Below, one piece after another: positions 52,641 through 64,000 of a stretch of 64,000 nucleotides of DNA. The notes below the pieces were generated by a model. It saw only the letters and a list, made by a program, of their open reading frames with translations, was not told where the DNA came from and did no database searches. Position numbers and translations under genes: made by a program. This DNA is from Epiperipatus broadwayi (taxonomy: Eukaryota > Animalia > Onychophora), in assembly GCA_028023455.1 (NCBI GenBank), contig JAQFVV010000005.1, forward strand, positions 4,650,001 to 4,714,000. The letters run 5' to 3'. Each line of letters opens with the position of its first letter. Positions within the stretch are counted from its first letter, which is position 1.

Positions 52641-53099
52641 TATTGGAAAAACTTAGGGTGGGGAATGGAAAGGAAAAGTAAGGTAGCTAAGAGGTTTCTC
52701 TGGGCATAGTGGCTGAGAGATTCCTGACTCCAATAAAGGAGAAGCCACAGTGCATCGCATCATAGTGCAAGAATAAGTAATCAGTAAAAAGTAAAATGTT
52801 TGCAATGATTTTTGATTTTATAGCTAATAGTAAATATTAAATAAAATGAAGAAAATTTTGTATTAAATGAAATGAAATAAAAGTAGTCCACATACAAAAT
52901 ATGTGCGAAATAAGCAAAACATTAAAATTTAATATAATTTACATTTACTAATTAATACAGACATTTTACTTTTTATTAATTTCACTTTTACAGTGTCATG
53001 TTTCAATTCCAATGATGATGATGATAATAATAATAATAATTATTATTATTATTATTAATGCCAATAAAATAATGGGTCTTATTCTTCATAATGGACATT

Positions 53100-53760
53100 A
53101 TTTTTATATTTTTATTAAAATACATTTCTTTAAAACACTTGTACTTCCTATAATGGAATATGGCTCAATAATATGGAATTCGAATAAGTTATCTCATATA
53201 GATAAATTGCAATCAATATACAATAAATTCGGTAATATAATTAATGTGAAAGATGTTTGTATAAATTGGTTTCATAGAAGAATGATTCGTGATATGAATT
53301 TTTTTTATTTAATCATTCATGGAAAAATTTACTTACATAATTGTAAACAACGCAAAACTCTCCTTATAGTAGTGCCATCTTGTGCTAACAAGAGCAATCA
53401 ATGAATGCCAGAAGGCTTGTGCATCCATTGATTGCTCTTGTTAGCACAAGATGGCACTACTATAAGGAGAGTTTTGCTTTGTTTTGAATTGTTTAATAAC
53501 AGTTATGTGCTAGTATGAGATAGTGATCATGTTACATAATTATATTTCAAAGGTATTAATAAGAATTCCTCATGTATATGTAAGTAATAAGGATTTATTT
53601 AGTATCGATAAATATAAATTTGAAACTTTATATTTAGCAGCATTATACAGATTACCAAATATTTATAATATGTATTTTAATGATATTGACATATTTTTGG
53701 TAGATCTAAAGACATTTGTTAAGGAAACAACAATTACTTTGTCAAATATTTAAAGTTACT
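53100..53760 (+). pseudogene. CR1/L2-type LINE 3' relic, split by a family A insertion
   Basis: KTLVLPIMEYGSIIWN...KLQSIYNKF...RRMIRDMNFFYLIIHGKI, resuming after 53532 with LYRLPNIYN...DIDIF. Confidence 0.7.
53343..53531 (+). mobile_element. Short family A fold-back insertion (ribozyme core not included)
   Basis: Near-perfect arms and a 10-bp TSD ttacataatt at 53333-53342 and 53532-53541. Confidence 0.85.
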
Positions 53761-53944
53761 CTCTCTATATAATCAGATTGGAAGTAATATTAATTTTTGT
53801 GATATTTTTAATTTTAAATATTGTTTTATTATGTAAACATTTACATTTTCATTTTATGTCATATGTATTATCTTCCCTTTTATTGTAATGTGCAAACTGT
53901 AATTGGCTTTATGTTGTTGTTTAGCACTTAAATAAATGAATTGA

Positions 53945-54121
<177 letters not shown>

Positions 54122-54276
54122 ATGATGGCTATGGCTAGTGGAAATGTAGTAATTCGAATTAATGTTTTTATTTGGTAGATTGATATGAAATGATTTTATT
54201 TTTGCAATTTTACTTGGTCTCATATATGAATTTGTTTTGCAATCTATTGCTTTTATTTAAAATATTACCATGGGTG

Positions 54277-54383
54277 TTTTTTTTTCTCATGTGCCATAAC
54301 ATCAGCCAGGAAGCGAACCCGCTAACCCGGGACAACTGCTTGTAAAGCAGCTGTCACTGACCTCTCGACCAGAAATGCTTGAC
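54277..54383 (-). mobile_element. tRNA-Gly-derived SINE, GTCAA-leader subfamily
   Basis: Minus strand GTCAAGCATTTCTGGTCGAGAGGTCAG...GGGTTCGCTTCCTGGCTGATGTTATGGCAC plus poly(A). Confidence 0.78.
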
Positions 54384-54413
54384 TAAGTAGATATATTACT
54401 TAATACACGTTTT

Positions 54414-55383
54414 ATACCTTTTTAAAATATCTGTAATTGAAAAGTGGGAGTAACTATCTCCCATTAAGTTATGTAACATTAAAAACAAGCAAAAGCTAGA
54501 ATGACATCTTTCTATCTTTAGGCTGTGTTGTTATATAATCTTAATTTTTGCTTGGTTTTTAAATTATAGGGTGAATTTTGTCTATTGTTTTAATTTATGT
54601 ACAGTGTAAATGATCTGAAATCCTCATCAATATATCCAGAGAATGAAGAAACAATTTTACTTTTAACAACCTTTGAACATTAAGCGGCATATTAGTTTTA
54701 ATAAATGGAATAATAAATAAACATAATTTTTTTAAATATCTGAACTTAATGGGATGTAGTTACTTTCACTTTTCAATTAAAGATATTTTAAAATGTTATG
54801 ATTGTTTATTATTGTATTTATTAAAACTACAATTACAAATAAATCAAATCATATGTCATATGACATAATTTAACAAGCTTGTATTATAAATGTTATATAT
54901 AGAGCTCACAAATAAGCTTTTAACAAGCTTTGCAGAATTTCCCCAATACCAGACTGGTTTCTGTACTGGCTTCTTTGGTGAAGTGCTAGGATATTCGAGC
55001 ATAATGTTTGAATATCCTAGCACCTCACTGAGGTGACCAGTAGCAGAAATCGGTCTGGGGTTGGGGATATTCTACAAAGCCTGTTAAGAACTTATTTGCA
55101 AGCTCTGTATATAATATTATTAAAACTAATATGTTATTTCATGTTCAGAAATTGTTAAAAGTAAGACTTTTTCTTCATTCTTTGGATATATTAATGGCAA
55201 TTTTAGAGCATTTAATCTGACATAAATTAGAAAATAAATAAAACTCACCCTATAATTTAAAAACCAAGTCAAAAACTAAGCTTATATAGCAACAGAACCT
55301 AAAGATAGAATGGAATCATTCTATTTTTCCTTGGTTTTTGATATTACATAAGTCAATGGGAGGTAGTTACTTCTGCTTTTCAA
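54414..55383. mobile_element. ~970-bp fold-back element with a second hammerhead family at its centre
   Basis: Outer arms ~54425-54705 vs ~55115-55383, inner arms ~54895-55000 vs ~55005-55112. 14-bp TSD ttaatacacgtttt at 54400-54413 and 55384-55397. Decayed cores at 54947-54983 (-) and 55023-55060 (+). Confidence 0.78.
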
Positions 55384-55869
55384 TTAATACACGTTTTGTA
55401 CATGGATTATCCTTTGTTTATTTTTATTTCATACAAGCCTATCAAATAGAAGCATTAAATTGCAATAATCACTGAAATTAGAACTAAACACCATAAAACT
55501 AGAATGGATAAAAAATAAAATGTCTGTCTTTAATATTGGATTAACTTTTGCTTTATTTAATATAATTTTTTTTATTGTAAAAATACTATTTTCTTTATTT
55601 TATTTAAAATACATTATCACCATGGGAATGTAGAGACAATTTATTTTTTATCAATTCATTTTTCTTTTTCTCAATGCTAAGACTATGCAAATCAATCAAA
55701 TAGATAGACATGCAATTAAGGCAGTAAACATATACTATGGTAAGATCCAGACATCTTTCTTTTTTTCATATTTAGCTTCAACTGCTGTCTACATATTTTT
55801 CAGAAATGCCTATCACCTAATTTGTCAGGAAGCTCATTCAAATATGTCAATGATTCTGACTTTATATAT

Positions 55870-56031
55870 ATGATCACTAGATGGAGCTTATCAATATCTC
55901 TAATCAAGCTTTATTTTATAAGTGCCGAAAGAGAAAGAATTCAAAATCACTATCGGAAAGTCCCTTTCTCGTTTGGCACTTATAAAATAAAGCTTGATTA
56001 GAGCTATTGGTAAGCTCTATCTAGTGATCAT
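55870..56031. repeat. 162-bp near-perfect hairpin (MITE-like)
   Basis: atgatcactagat...aatcaagctttattttataagtgcc...gagaaag pairs with ctttctc...ggcacttataaaataaagcttgatt...atctagtgatcat. The loop is ~26 nt. Confidence 0.85.
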
Positions 56032-58289
56032 TTGAATGCTAGCTAAAAAGCAAGTTACGAAATTTATGATTTGTTTTATTAATTATATATATATATAACC
56101 ATTAGAAACCAGTCAACACTTAAACAATTCCAACATAGATAACAATCTAGAAATTCAAGCTATTGTCAAGCTAGCCTCCTTTTAGCAATAGAAGTGAAAT
56201 AACATACTAAAGCTTCCATTGCAAGAGTTTTAAGAAAGTAAGAGTCATGTGATATTTTGTTTGGTATATACCATTATTATTAAAAAATCAGAGATGCTGA
56301 TGATTATCGTACAAATTAGGTTATTAAAATATATAGTTTTTGATTTAGTATCAGTTCTATGTAGTTAAAGAAGAAACTTATATTAAAAAGAAAAAAAATA
56401 GGGTATTAAATTTTGAGGCTTTAATTTGAGTCTATAAAAAAATTAAAATAGCTACTCCATGATTAAATATAAAATCAGTACACTTCATTAATGAAACCTA
56501 ATACCAAAAACTAGACTGTGGATCTGCATGTAATATTACCATCTAATATTTACTGACTACTAAAGTTCACAACAATATCTCTAGAGAACAGTAAATACAG
56601 TGAATGCAGATGCTGAAAGCAAAGAGTCATGCAATAACATATATAAGACAAAGCCATTTCTTTGATCTAAAGTCTTACTATTTCCATCCTTTATTTTTTT
56701 GTTTATTAAGCCAAATTCATTTCTAATATGCATTTCATTTTATTATTAATTTTGAATCACAAGTATTCATTTTTCACATCTGCTGTATTATTTTTATTTT
56801 CTAATTTATTTATTACTATTATGTTACATGTTTTTATCTAAACTTAATTTCTATTTTACCCCTTTTTCTGTATATATCTTAAGTAGTAAAATTACTCTTT
56901 TTTTCTTTCAAAACAACAACAACAACAAAACTTGATATCATCTATAAACAATAATAATGGTAACTTTAATTTGTTAATATTTTTAGGTTAGGATATCCAT
57001 ATTCTATATTTGACTGCAGTAAATATTTTTCTCGTAAATACAGATATTGGGATATGATCCACAATTTCTCCTGGGTACAAAGACCTCTCCAAAAATCTTC
57101 TACAACAAATAGTGAATATGCAAACAATCCACATCAACTTGGTCAAACTGCTGTGTGATGTCTTTTGCTTTCCTATTTATTAATCCAATAATCAGATGGA
57201 AGTGTTATCTTATAGATTAGCTATCTGAAAAATATCCGTCTTACTTGGAACTTGAAAACATTCATATTTTATCCATATCCTAAATTCATGTTAAATGTAT
57301 GATGAATGAATGCATTGAGCCCAGTGCTAGAAAGCCATTTTTCATTTTGATTGAAAACTATATATTAAAAGAAATACTATTTAAATTATGAAGAAAACTG
57401 TTCAGTTTATTAAAGCTATGGAGTTATAAAACAAAAATTCTAACAACAAAATACAAACACTAGTATGACATATCTGTAGTGCTTTTTTTTTTTTCAAAAT
57501 ACTTCTTAATTATTGACTAAGAGATTTACTGTAGGTATATCTCTTTGTTCATGAAAATTGTCATTTAAAGACCATTTTACTAGTTTTTAGGAAAATTTCA
57601 AAAGAACATCTTAAATAAAGTAATATTGACATTATCAAGGGCTTTGAGCATTCCATCATCAGATTTTCAGTGATATTGATGACTGAAGAGTTGGAGAATG
57701 GAGAGGATTGAAGCTTGTCCATTAAATTGTGTAGATTTGTTATCTTAATATAAATCGAACATTGATTATTTTTTATGTGTGGAGGTTCAGCATGAAATAT
57801 GTACATTGGAGATCATTTATCTTTTTCACATGTATGTGATCATGTGTATTGATTATACTGGATAGAGTGGATGACTGTAGAGAGCTCAAAAGTCTGGGTT
57901 CAAACCCTATATAATTATATATTGTTATTGTAAATACCTATTCTAAATATCTTAATATGTATTACTGGTTTTGTGAGTTATTATTGAATGACCAGGATAT
58001 TATTCCAATCCAATACAGATATATAAATATAAGATAAGTGACACAGTTACACAGAGTCTATCTTGTGAATTGATTAGGTCTTAGTCTACATTTTGTAAAA
58101 AATAATTAAACAAACCAAATATTAAAAAGTTGAAAAAAAATTTTTTTTCTCCATATAGAAAAACAAATAATGGTAAAAATTATTTTCCTTGAAGAGTTCT
58201 ATCCTGGAAATTCAGGAAATTGGTAACGTATGTGAATCAAATTCTCTTTTTTCTTATGGCAAACCAAATAAAAAGTTGTAGTTAAATTT

Positions 58290-61200
58290 AGTGACATTTA
58301 TAAGTATTTATGGTTCTTCAGTTTGTGAAATCTTATGTTCTCAGACAGTCCTGATATGTCTTCCTGAATTAGATTTTGATAAAATAATATCTATCATGAT
58401 GACCTGCTTCTATCCAAAACTCCTAACAATTTTACAGATCTACAAATCAATCTTTATGTTTAGGGGAAAGAAGAAAAGACTAATGATTTTGTACAATTCT
58501 CAGAAAGCTAGCATTGAGCTGCAATTTCAAAGATTTCCCAAATGAAGGATTGATAAACAGTTTTATTTATAAAATGAAAGCTCATAACTTTAAGGTCAAG
58601 CTGTTAATGAAATCAACCACACTTTTGATTCTGAAGTCTCCAATGAATCTAGCTATGTTTACAAGTCAAACAGCTTCTTTAAAGAAAGGTGGGCCCAATA
58701 TTAAAATTGATAATGATAAATATGAGTTAGATGAATACCCAGTTAATCAAAATAAAAGTTGGAAGTCTTTAGCTAAAAATATTAAAAACTGCCAGAATAA
58801 ATCGACAAATACTGCAAAAGTTTGTTATAGATGCATTAAGATCATGGCGTGCAGATACTAAATATCCATATATATATATACAGTTTGCAGATATTGTAAT
58901 TGGGTTGGTTATATCAAAACTGCATTCTTAAAAAAAAACAGTGAGAAAAAAATTAAAGAGTTCCTTCTAAAGACTAAAGAATAAAATGAACCCCAAAGAA
59001 TCAATATCTCTTTAAATGATATGATGTTGGTTCAGTTCCCAAAGCCTGAATTACAATTAATGAAACACTGATAACAATGGTAATGGATACCAAAACCAAT
59101 ACCTGTATAAATAATGTGAGGGGCAGTGATTCAGCCTCTAAAACCTGAATTATAAATAATAATACATTGATAGAAATGAACTAAATTATGAGATTTTACT
59201 ATGTTCATTGCATCAAAAAAACACTTGAGCTACCATCAATAAAATAATAGTCATTAGTTGAAGTCTAACAATAAAATAATTATCGATTACCTAGGCAATT
59301 CAATTCCAGTCTTTGGTTACTATGCATAATGAAGTATTTATTTGCCTTTTTGTGTTGGATGATGAGCACAATAATGCAATAGCCATGACTAATTCTATCA
59401 TTTGGGCTATACAATGAACTAGATCACAAATATGACAAAATAAAAAAAAACACTATCCAGATGTGTCTGATGATAAACTAGTCTATATGTAGAAGAGCCT
59501 GACCACATATAGTTAGATAAAGAAGCAAAACCAAATAAGTTGTCATTGTAAAGCTTTGCTGTTTGCCTTGAGATAAGGTGGAGGAGAGGTTGCTGCATGA
59601 GGGGTCACTGAGCCAATAACCTCATCAAATGGTTATTCAAATAGTATCCATCATAAAAAATAGCAATGATATAAACACGTGTATGGTTATTCAAATAGTA
59701 TCCATCATAAAAAATAGCAATGATATAAACACGTGTAATGATTATCAATGCACGATCAATAAAGCAATGTTGGGGTTGATAATTATTCTCTATTATCAGC
59801 CAAACAGATAATCTTTACAATGCCTGAAGGATAATTCTTTATAAAAAGGGATGCTAGTTGATGATCAGTCTGCAAAATCACTGACAGCAATTATTCACAA
59901 AGATATATTTAAAATGAACCATAACATACCTTTTGGAATATTAGTCACCCAAGCAATATTTCAGTTAGTAGCTGATCAATTTGCTTAGAGAATACATGAG
60001 GTACTTACTGTATTTTAATGATTTTCTATTAGTAATTAAGACACCTGAAGAACTCTGGCCATTTGCCAAAAAACTATTAGTTAAGTTTAAAGCCTAAGGT
60101 ATTAATATATGTTTAAAAAAATGCATATTCAAGATTAAGAGCTTGAATTTCTAAGATATAAAATAGGTGCAAAACAGGAGACCCCATACGAATAAAAAAA
60201 AAGCTCCAGTCATTTAAAGACCTCATTAGTTTTTTATGAAAAGTTTTCTCCTCATAAAATAGAGACTGCTGAACTGCTATATAGACTTATAGAAAAATAC
60301 AGTTTTGAAGTCCAAAGTCAGGTATGACAAAGTTTTAAAAAAATTTAAGTCTGATATCAAATTCAATAATACTACCATTCTTGGATCCAGAAAGGGGAAA
60401 AGGTACTGATACTAAGTAATGATACATCACCTGTGATTACAATTTTGTTAAAAATAAAATTTAATATCCCCTTTCATTTGCTTCAAAATGCTTATCTAAA
60501 GCTGAAAAAATATTATGCATAGATAAACAGAAAATCCTTAACTCTAATTACTCGTATTAACAAATTTCATGACTATTTAAATGATTGATCACTTATTTTG
60601 CAAAGTCATCACAAATTACTTTGGAAATTTTTTATATCAGATAAAGGCATTCCACAAGCTTGCTGATTTAGTACAATTTCTTATCAGAATATGACTATAA
60701 TGAACAAAAAAAATTTGCCTTATGTGGATAAATTTAGAGATAAACACACTGACAAACATCAAAGTGTTGGCTTAATGGACTACTGTTAATCCTGGATTTC
60801 AGAAATTAATTAAATAGATCTCTCTGGGTTGTCCAAATAGCTATACCTGACCTACTAAGCATTCAGACTGGAAATGTCAATAGAAAATGGTCCTGTTACC
60901 TATGGATCAAAAGTAGTAATTCCTTTTAGTGGAACCCCCAAATTCTAATAGTTTTGTATAGTGGTCATCCAGAAATTGACAGAACGAAATGTTTGCTATA
61001 TTCTCTATCTGGTGGACTATCTTGGATATTAATAAAGAGTCTAAGGTCCAGTTGGAACTGTTAAAAGAAATCAAAACATGTCAGCAAAAAGACTTAGAGT
61101 CATAATAAGAATTCTTATTGATTATGCTGGACCATAGAGAGACAAGGTGATATACATATAATTGTAGATGGTTGAAGTATCATCATTCATACCACAATAT

Positions 61201-61944
61201 GCAAAGAAGCATTTAATAGACTATTAACAACTCATGGCCTAGTTAAAACTATATTGTCAGATAATAGTGCAACCTTCACAGCAAGTGTATTCAAACATTT
61301 TTGTGTCATCAATAGTATAGAAAAATTATTCAACCAATCATTTCATCCTAAGTGCAATGGTCAGACTGAAAGATTGGTTCAAGAGACAAAAAGAGCTCTT
61401 AAAATAATGCAGCAGGTAATTGGATCACTCACAAATCTAGAATGCTCTTGAGAAAATATACTAGTCTATCACAATTATAGGCAAAATTGCAGCTAAATAG
61501 CTATTTACCATGGTTTGAGGGACAAATATGTTAATCCTCAATTCTTATCAGTTTGATCTTAAAAATGAATATGAAATCGATGAAGTGTGAATAAGTATCT
61601 GACTATTACATCCTATGTTCAATGGGATCACCAGATGAGTTTCAACAACAATTATAAATACAAAGGATTACATACAGTGATTTGCCAAAAACATCTCCAG
61701 AGGCACAGAGATCAGTTAAGGCCAGATTATAAAATCAGATCAAATGTAAAAATTAGATCTGATAAGGATATCAGACGAGATATAGAAACTAGATCTGATG
61801 ATGAAACCTGACCTAATATTGAAACTACACTCAATGGTGATGCAACCAGGACTAAAGATAAAGGAAGAAAATGACATATTAGTCCAGCAAGCTATTTTAA
61901 AATTATGTATTCCAAAGCTAACTTTTGTCAGGAAAAAAGAGGAA
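58290..61944 (+). pseudogene. Heavily decayed Mag-like Ty3/Gypsy element (gag-PR-RT-RH-IN relics)
   Basis: CYRC and CRYC knuckle remnants (~58820-58920), MDT protease remnant (~59085), NIPFGILVTQAIFQ (~59925), YFND (~60010), RILIDYAGP (~61110), ILSDNSATF...FHPKCNGQTERLVQETKRAL (61250-61400). Purine tract aggaaaaaagaggaa at 61930-61944 followed by TG. Confidence 0.82.
59629..59737. repeat. Perfect 54-bp tandem duplication
   Basis: atggttattcaaatagtatccatcataaaaaatagcaatgatataaacacgtgt starts at 59629 and again at 59683. Confidence 0.95.
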
Positions 61945-63559
61945 TGTGAACTTATCTGAAGGCCACCCTCAAATAATAAGTAGACTTATACAAACAGTAG
62001 TATTATGAAGATTGGATTGAACATACAATATAACTGATCAGTGAAATTACAGTGAAGATAAATAAATAACCAATAGCACAAATAGGTTAAATGGAGAGCT
62101 ATATCAGTGAATCAATTTTCAATAATGAAGTGGAAGTAGCTATATATTGCAGATCCATTAGAAAGGATAATGAGAAAGCTTTAGACAATTTTCAGTTGTC
62201 AGATGACAGTGAACTCATCCACTATAAGGCAAGTGTAACCTTACTGACATCATCGTAGCACACAAGCACAGCCATCTGTGATTGGAAGTAACAGGGTCCG
62301 AAAAGATAATCTCCTTCCTAAGCACTAGTTATATTGTTAGCAACTAAGTATTTACAATTCACCATCCATAGTACAGATGAACCTCTATATTTAAACAGCT
62401 GCGTATAAGCAGTTATTGTTGTAAATACTTATTCTAAATATTTTAACATGTATTTATTGGTATGGATTAAACTTGAAGAGATCTTCTTCCTGCAGTGGCT
62501 GGGGCATTGTTTAGCAGTAATACTCACATAAAAACTACAAATATACAGTAAAACAAATATTTGCTGATATGAAAGTGAGTGAATGTTATTAATCATAGAT
62601 AGGAAATCATTTCAATGAAACTTAGTTAAGAATGAAAGTTCAAAGAGCTTGAATAATTAATAGACATATGATAACGATGAGTTTATTTAATAAATCCAGG
62701 ACGCATTAATATATCTCATAATAAGTTCCATATGTGATGGGATTAAGTTATGAGTGTCAAGTCATCATATGTGCATTCAATAAAGTCTTTATTCATGGGA
62801 TTCCCTGCATCTATACTTAATACCCAGTCATATGACTGTGAATAATTATATATGTGCTAATTCATAAATGTATGTCTTTCATTTTTACCCATAGATCTCA
62901 TTATATCAAATTACTAAGCTAATTCTTTATAGATTTATATATTTGTTCGCTTTCATAAAGATTTTTTTTATATATATTCAATAGTAGAAACCAAGAAAGT
63001 ATTAACTACTAATGAGCTATCCTTAGTTTATTTGTTTGTCTATTTATTTCTTCTCTGTTTATGGATATGTCCCTGCGAGATTTTGCTTTTCAACGCCCAC
63101 CCACAATTAGATCCGTAGTTTTTTTAAAAAAAAAAGATCACAAATTTATTTAATGATTATACGAAGTGCTTTACTATCATCAGTTCATTGGATGAAATGA
63201 CGGCGTGTTTTTTACGTCATAAAAATCGATCAGCTTTTGCCTTTTAATAAAATAACTAAAAATTTAAATATTGAAAAATTGTCATTATTCTTTTTTACAC
63301 ATTTTTAACATTTTATTTTCAGATTGACGATTATTAAATGTTTTTTGCAACATAATTTTAACAAACCGAATTGAATGTTTATATTTCAATTTTTTTTTTT
63401 TTTTACATATGTTTAAAGATCAATAATATTAATAGATTCAACACATATAGTTGGTGTAATTATAATAATAATATTAATCGCATATTCTAAAACAATAGTT
63501 AAATAAACATTTTGTTTACTTGTTATTGATAAGCGCTACCTAGTGAATTTAATAACTGA

Positions 63560-63669
63560 ACGTACGAATCCCGGATGAATGACATCATAGAAAATCGGTC
63601 CGCCATTTTCTTTAACTAACTGTCGCAGGTCTCTGCGAATATTACGTTGATTATCGACAAAATGTAAGT
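63560..63669 (+). promoter_or_regulatory. Probable promoter/TSS and first exon of a host gene
   Basis: Local CpG enrichment (63070-63680), TGACATCA at 63580, a YY1-type CCGCCATTTT at 63600-63609, and donor gtaagt at 63664. Confidence 0.55.
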
Positions 63670-64000
63670 ATTTTACGAATTTTATCTTTCTTAGGTTTAA
63701 AAATTAGAAAGTACATTGCAGATAAATTATGCCATGTTTAAATTTGCTGCAACTGCAATTGCATATAATTATTTTTCTGAAATAATGTGAAATATTTTAT
63801 TGGGAGGCATAATGAACCGGAATTTTTTTCATTCTTAATATGATGTGCTATTTATCCATATTGTTTTTGCCAAAGTAATTTATTTAGCGTTTTTTATGAT
63901 GCAGACTTTTTTGAAAATAAATTAATTTGTTTTAAATATTAATATTTACTAAATTCAATTTATAGATGCGTTTTGTTTTGTAATAATATTCGGAAAGGAT

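Noticed and set aside
57660-57690. CTGATGA in the 45.7/57.7-kb repeat as another hammerhead
   Set aside because: No GAAA or cleavage triplet at the right spacing in either copy.
57920-57970. ~50-bp direct repeat with 62412-62465 as LTRs of the Mag-like relic
   Set aside because: Similarity does not extend on either side, so a 5' LTR cannot be delimited.

Overview
AT-rich, CpG-poor eukaryotic DNA (metazoan, probably arthropod; inference) with no recognisable host protein ORF. It is essentially a stack of mobile elements. (1) A 10.7-kb Ty3/Gypsy LTR retrotransposon on the minus strand (21983-32693): ~2-kb LTRs, ATAT TSD, tRNA-Lys-like PBS, PPT, disrupted gag/pol, and a nested 748-bp TTAA-flanked insertion. 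(2) Three RTE-clade LINE copies, one near full length, plus relics of CR1-like and other LINEs and a Mag-like Gypsy element. (3) tRNA-Gly-derived SINEs with clear TSDs. (4) The most interesting signal: a non-coding ~434-nt repeat family carrying a minimal type I hammerhead-ribozyme motif with a palindromic stem III. At least 7 copies are head-to-head fold-back insertions; the five larger ones have 10-15 bp TSDs, and the inverted arm always stops about 55 nt short of the 3' end. One copy sits directly against a fold-back remnant of a Penelope-like GIY-YIG element at a duplicated target, and a second hammerhead family has the same architecture. This looks like a Penelope-mobilised, retrozyme-like system. 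A probable CpG-rich promoter and first exon lies at ~63.6 kb. All alignments were done by eye; no database searches or folding programs were run.
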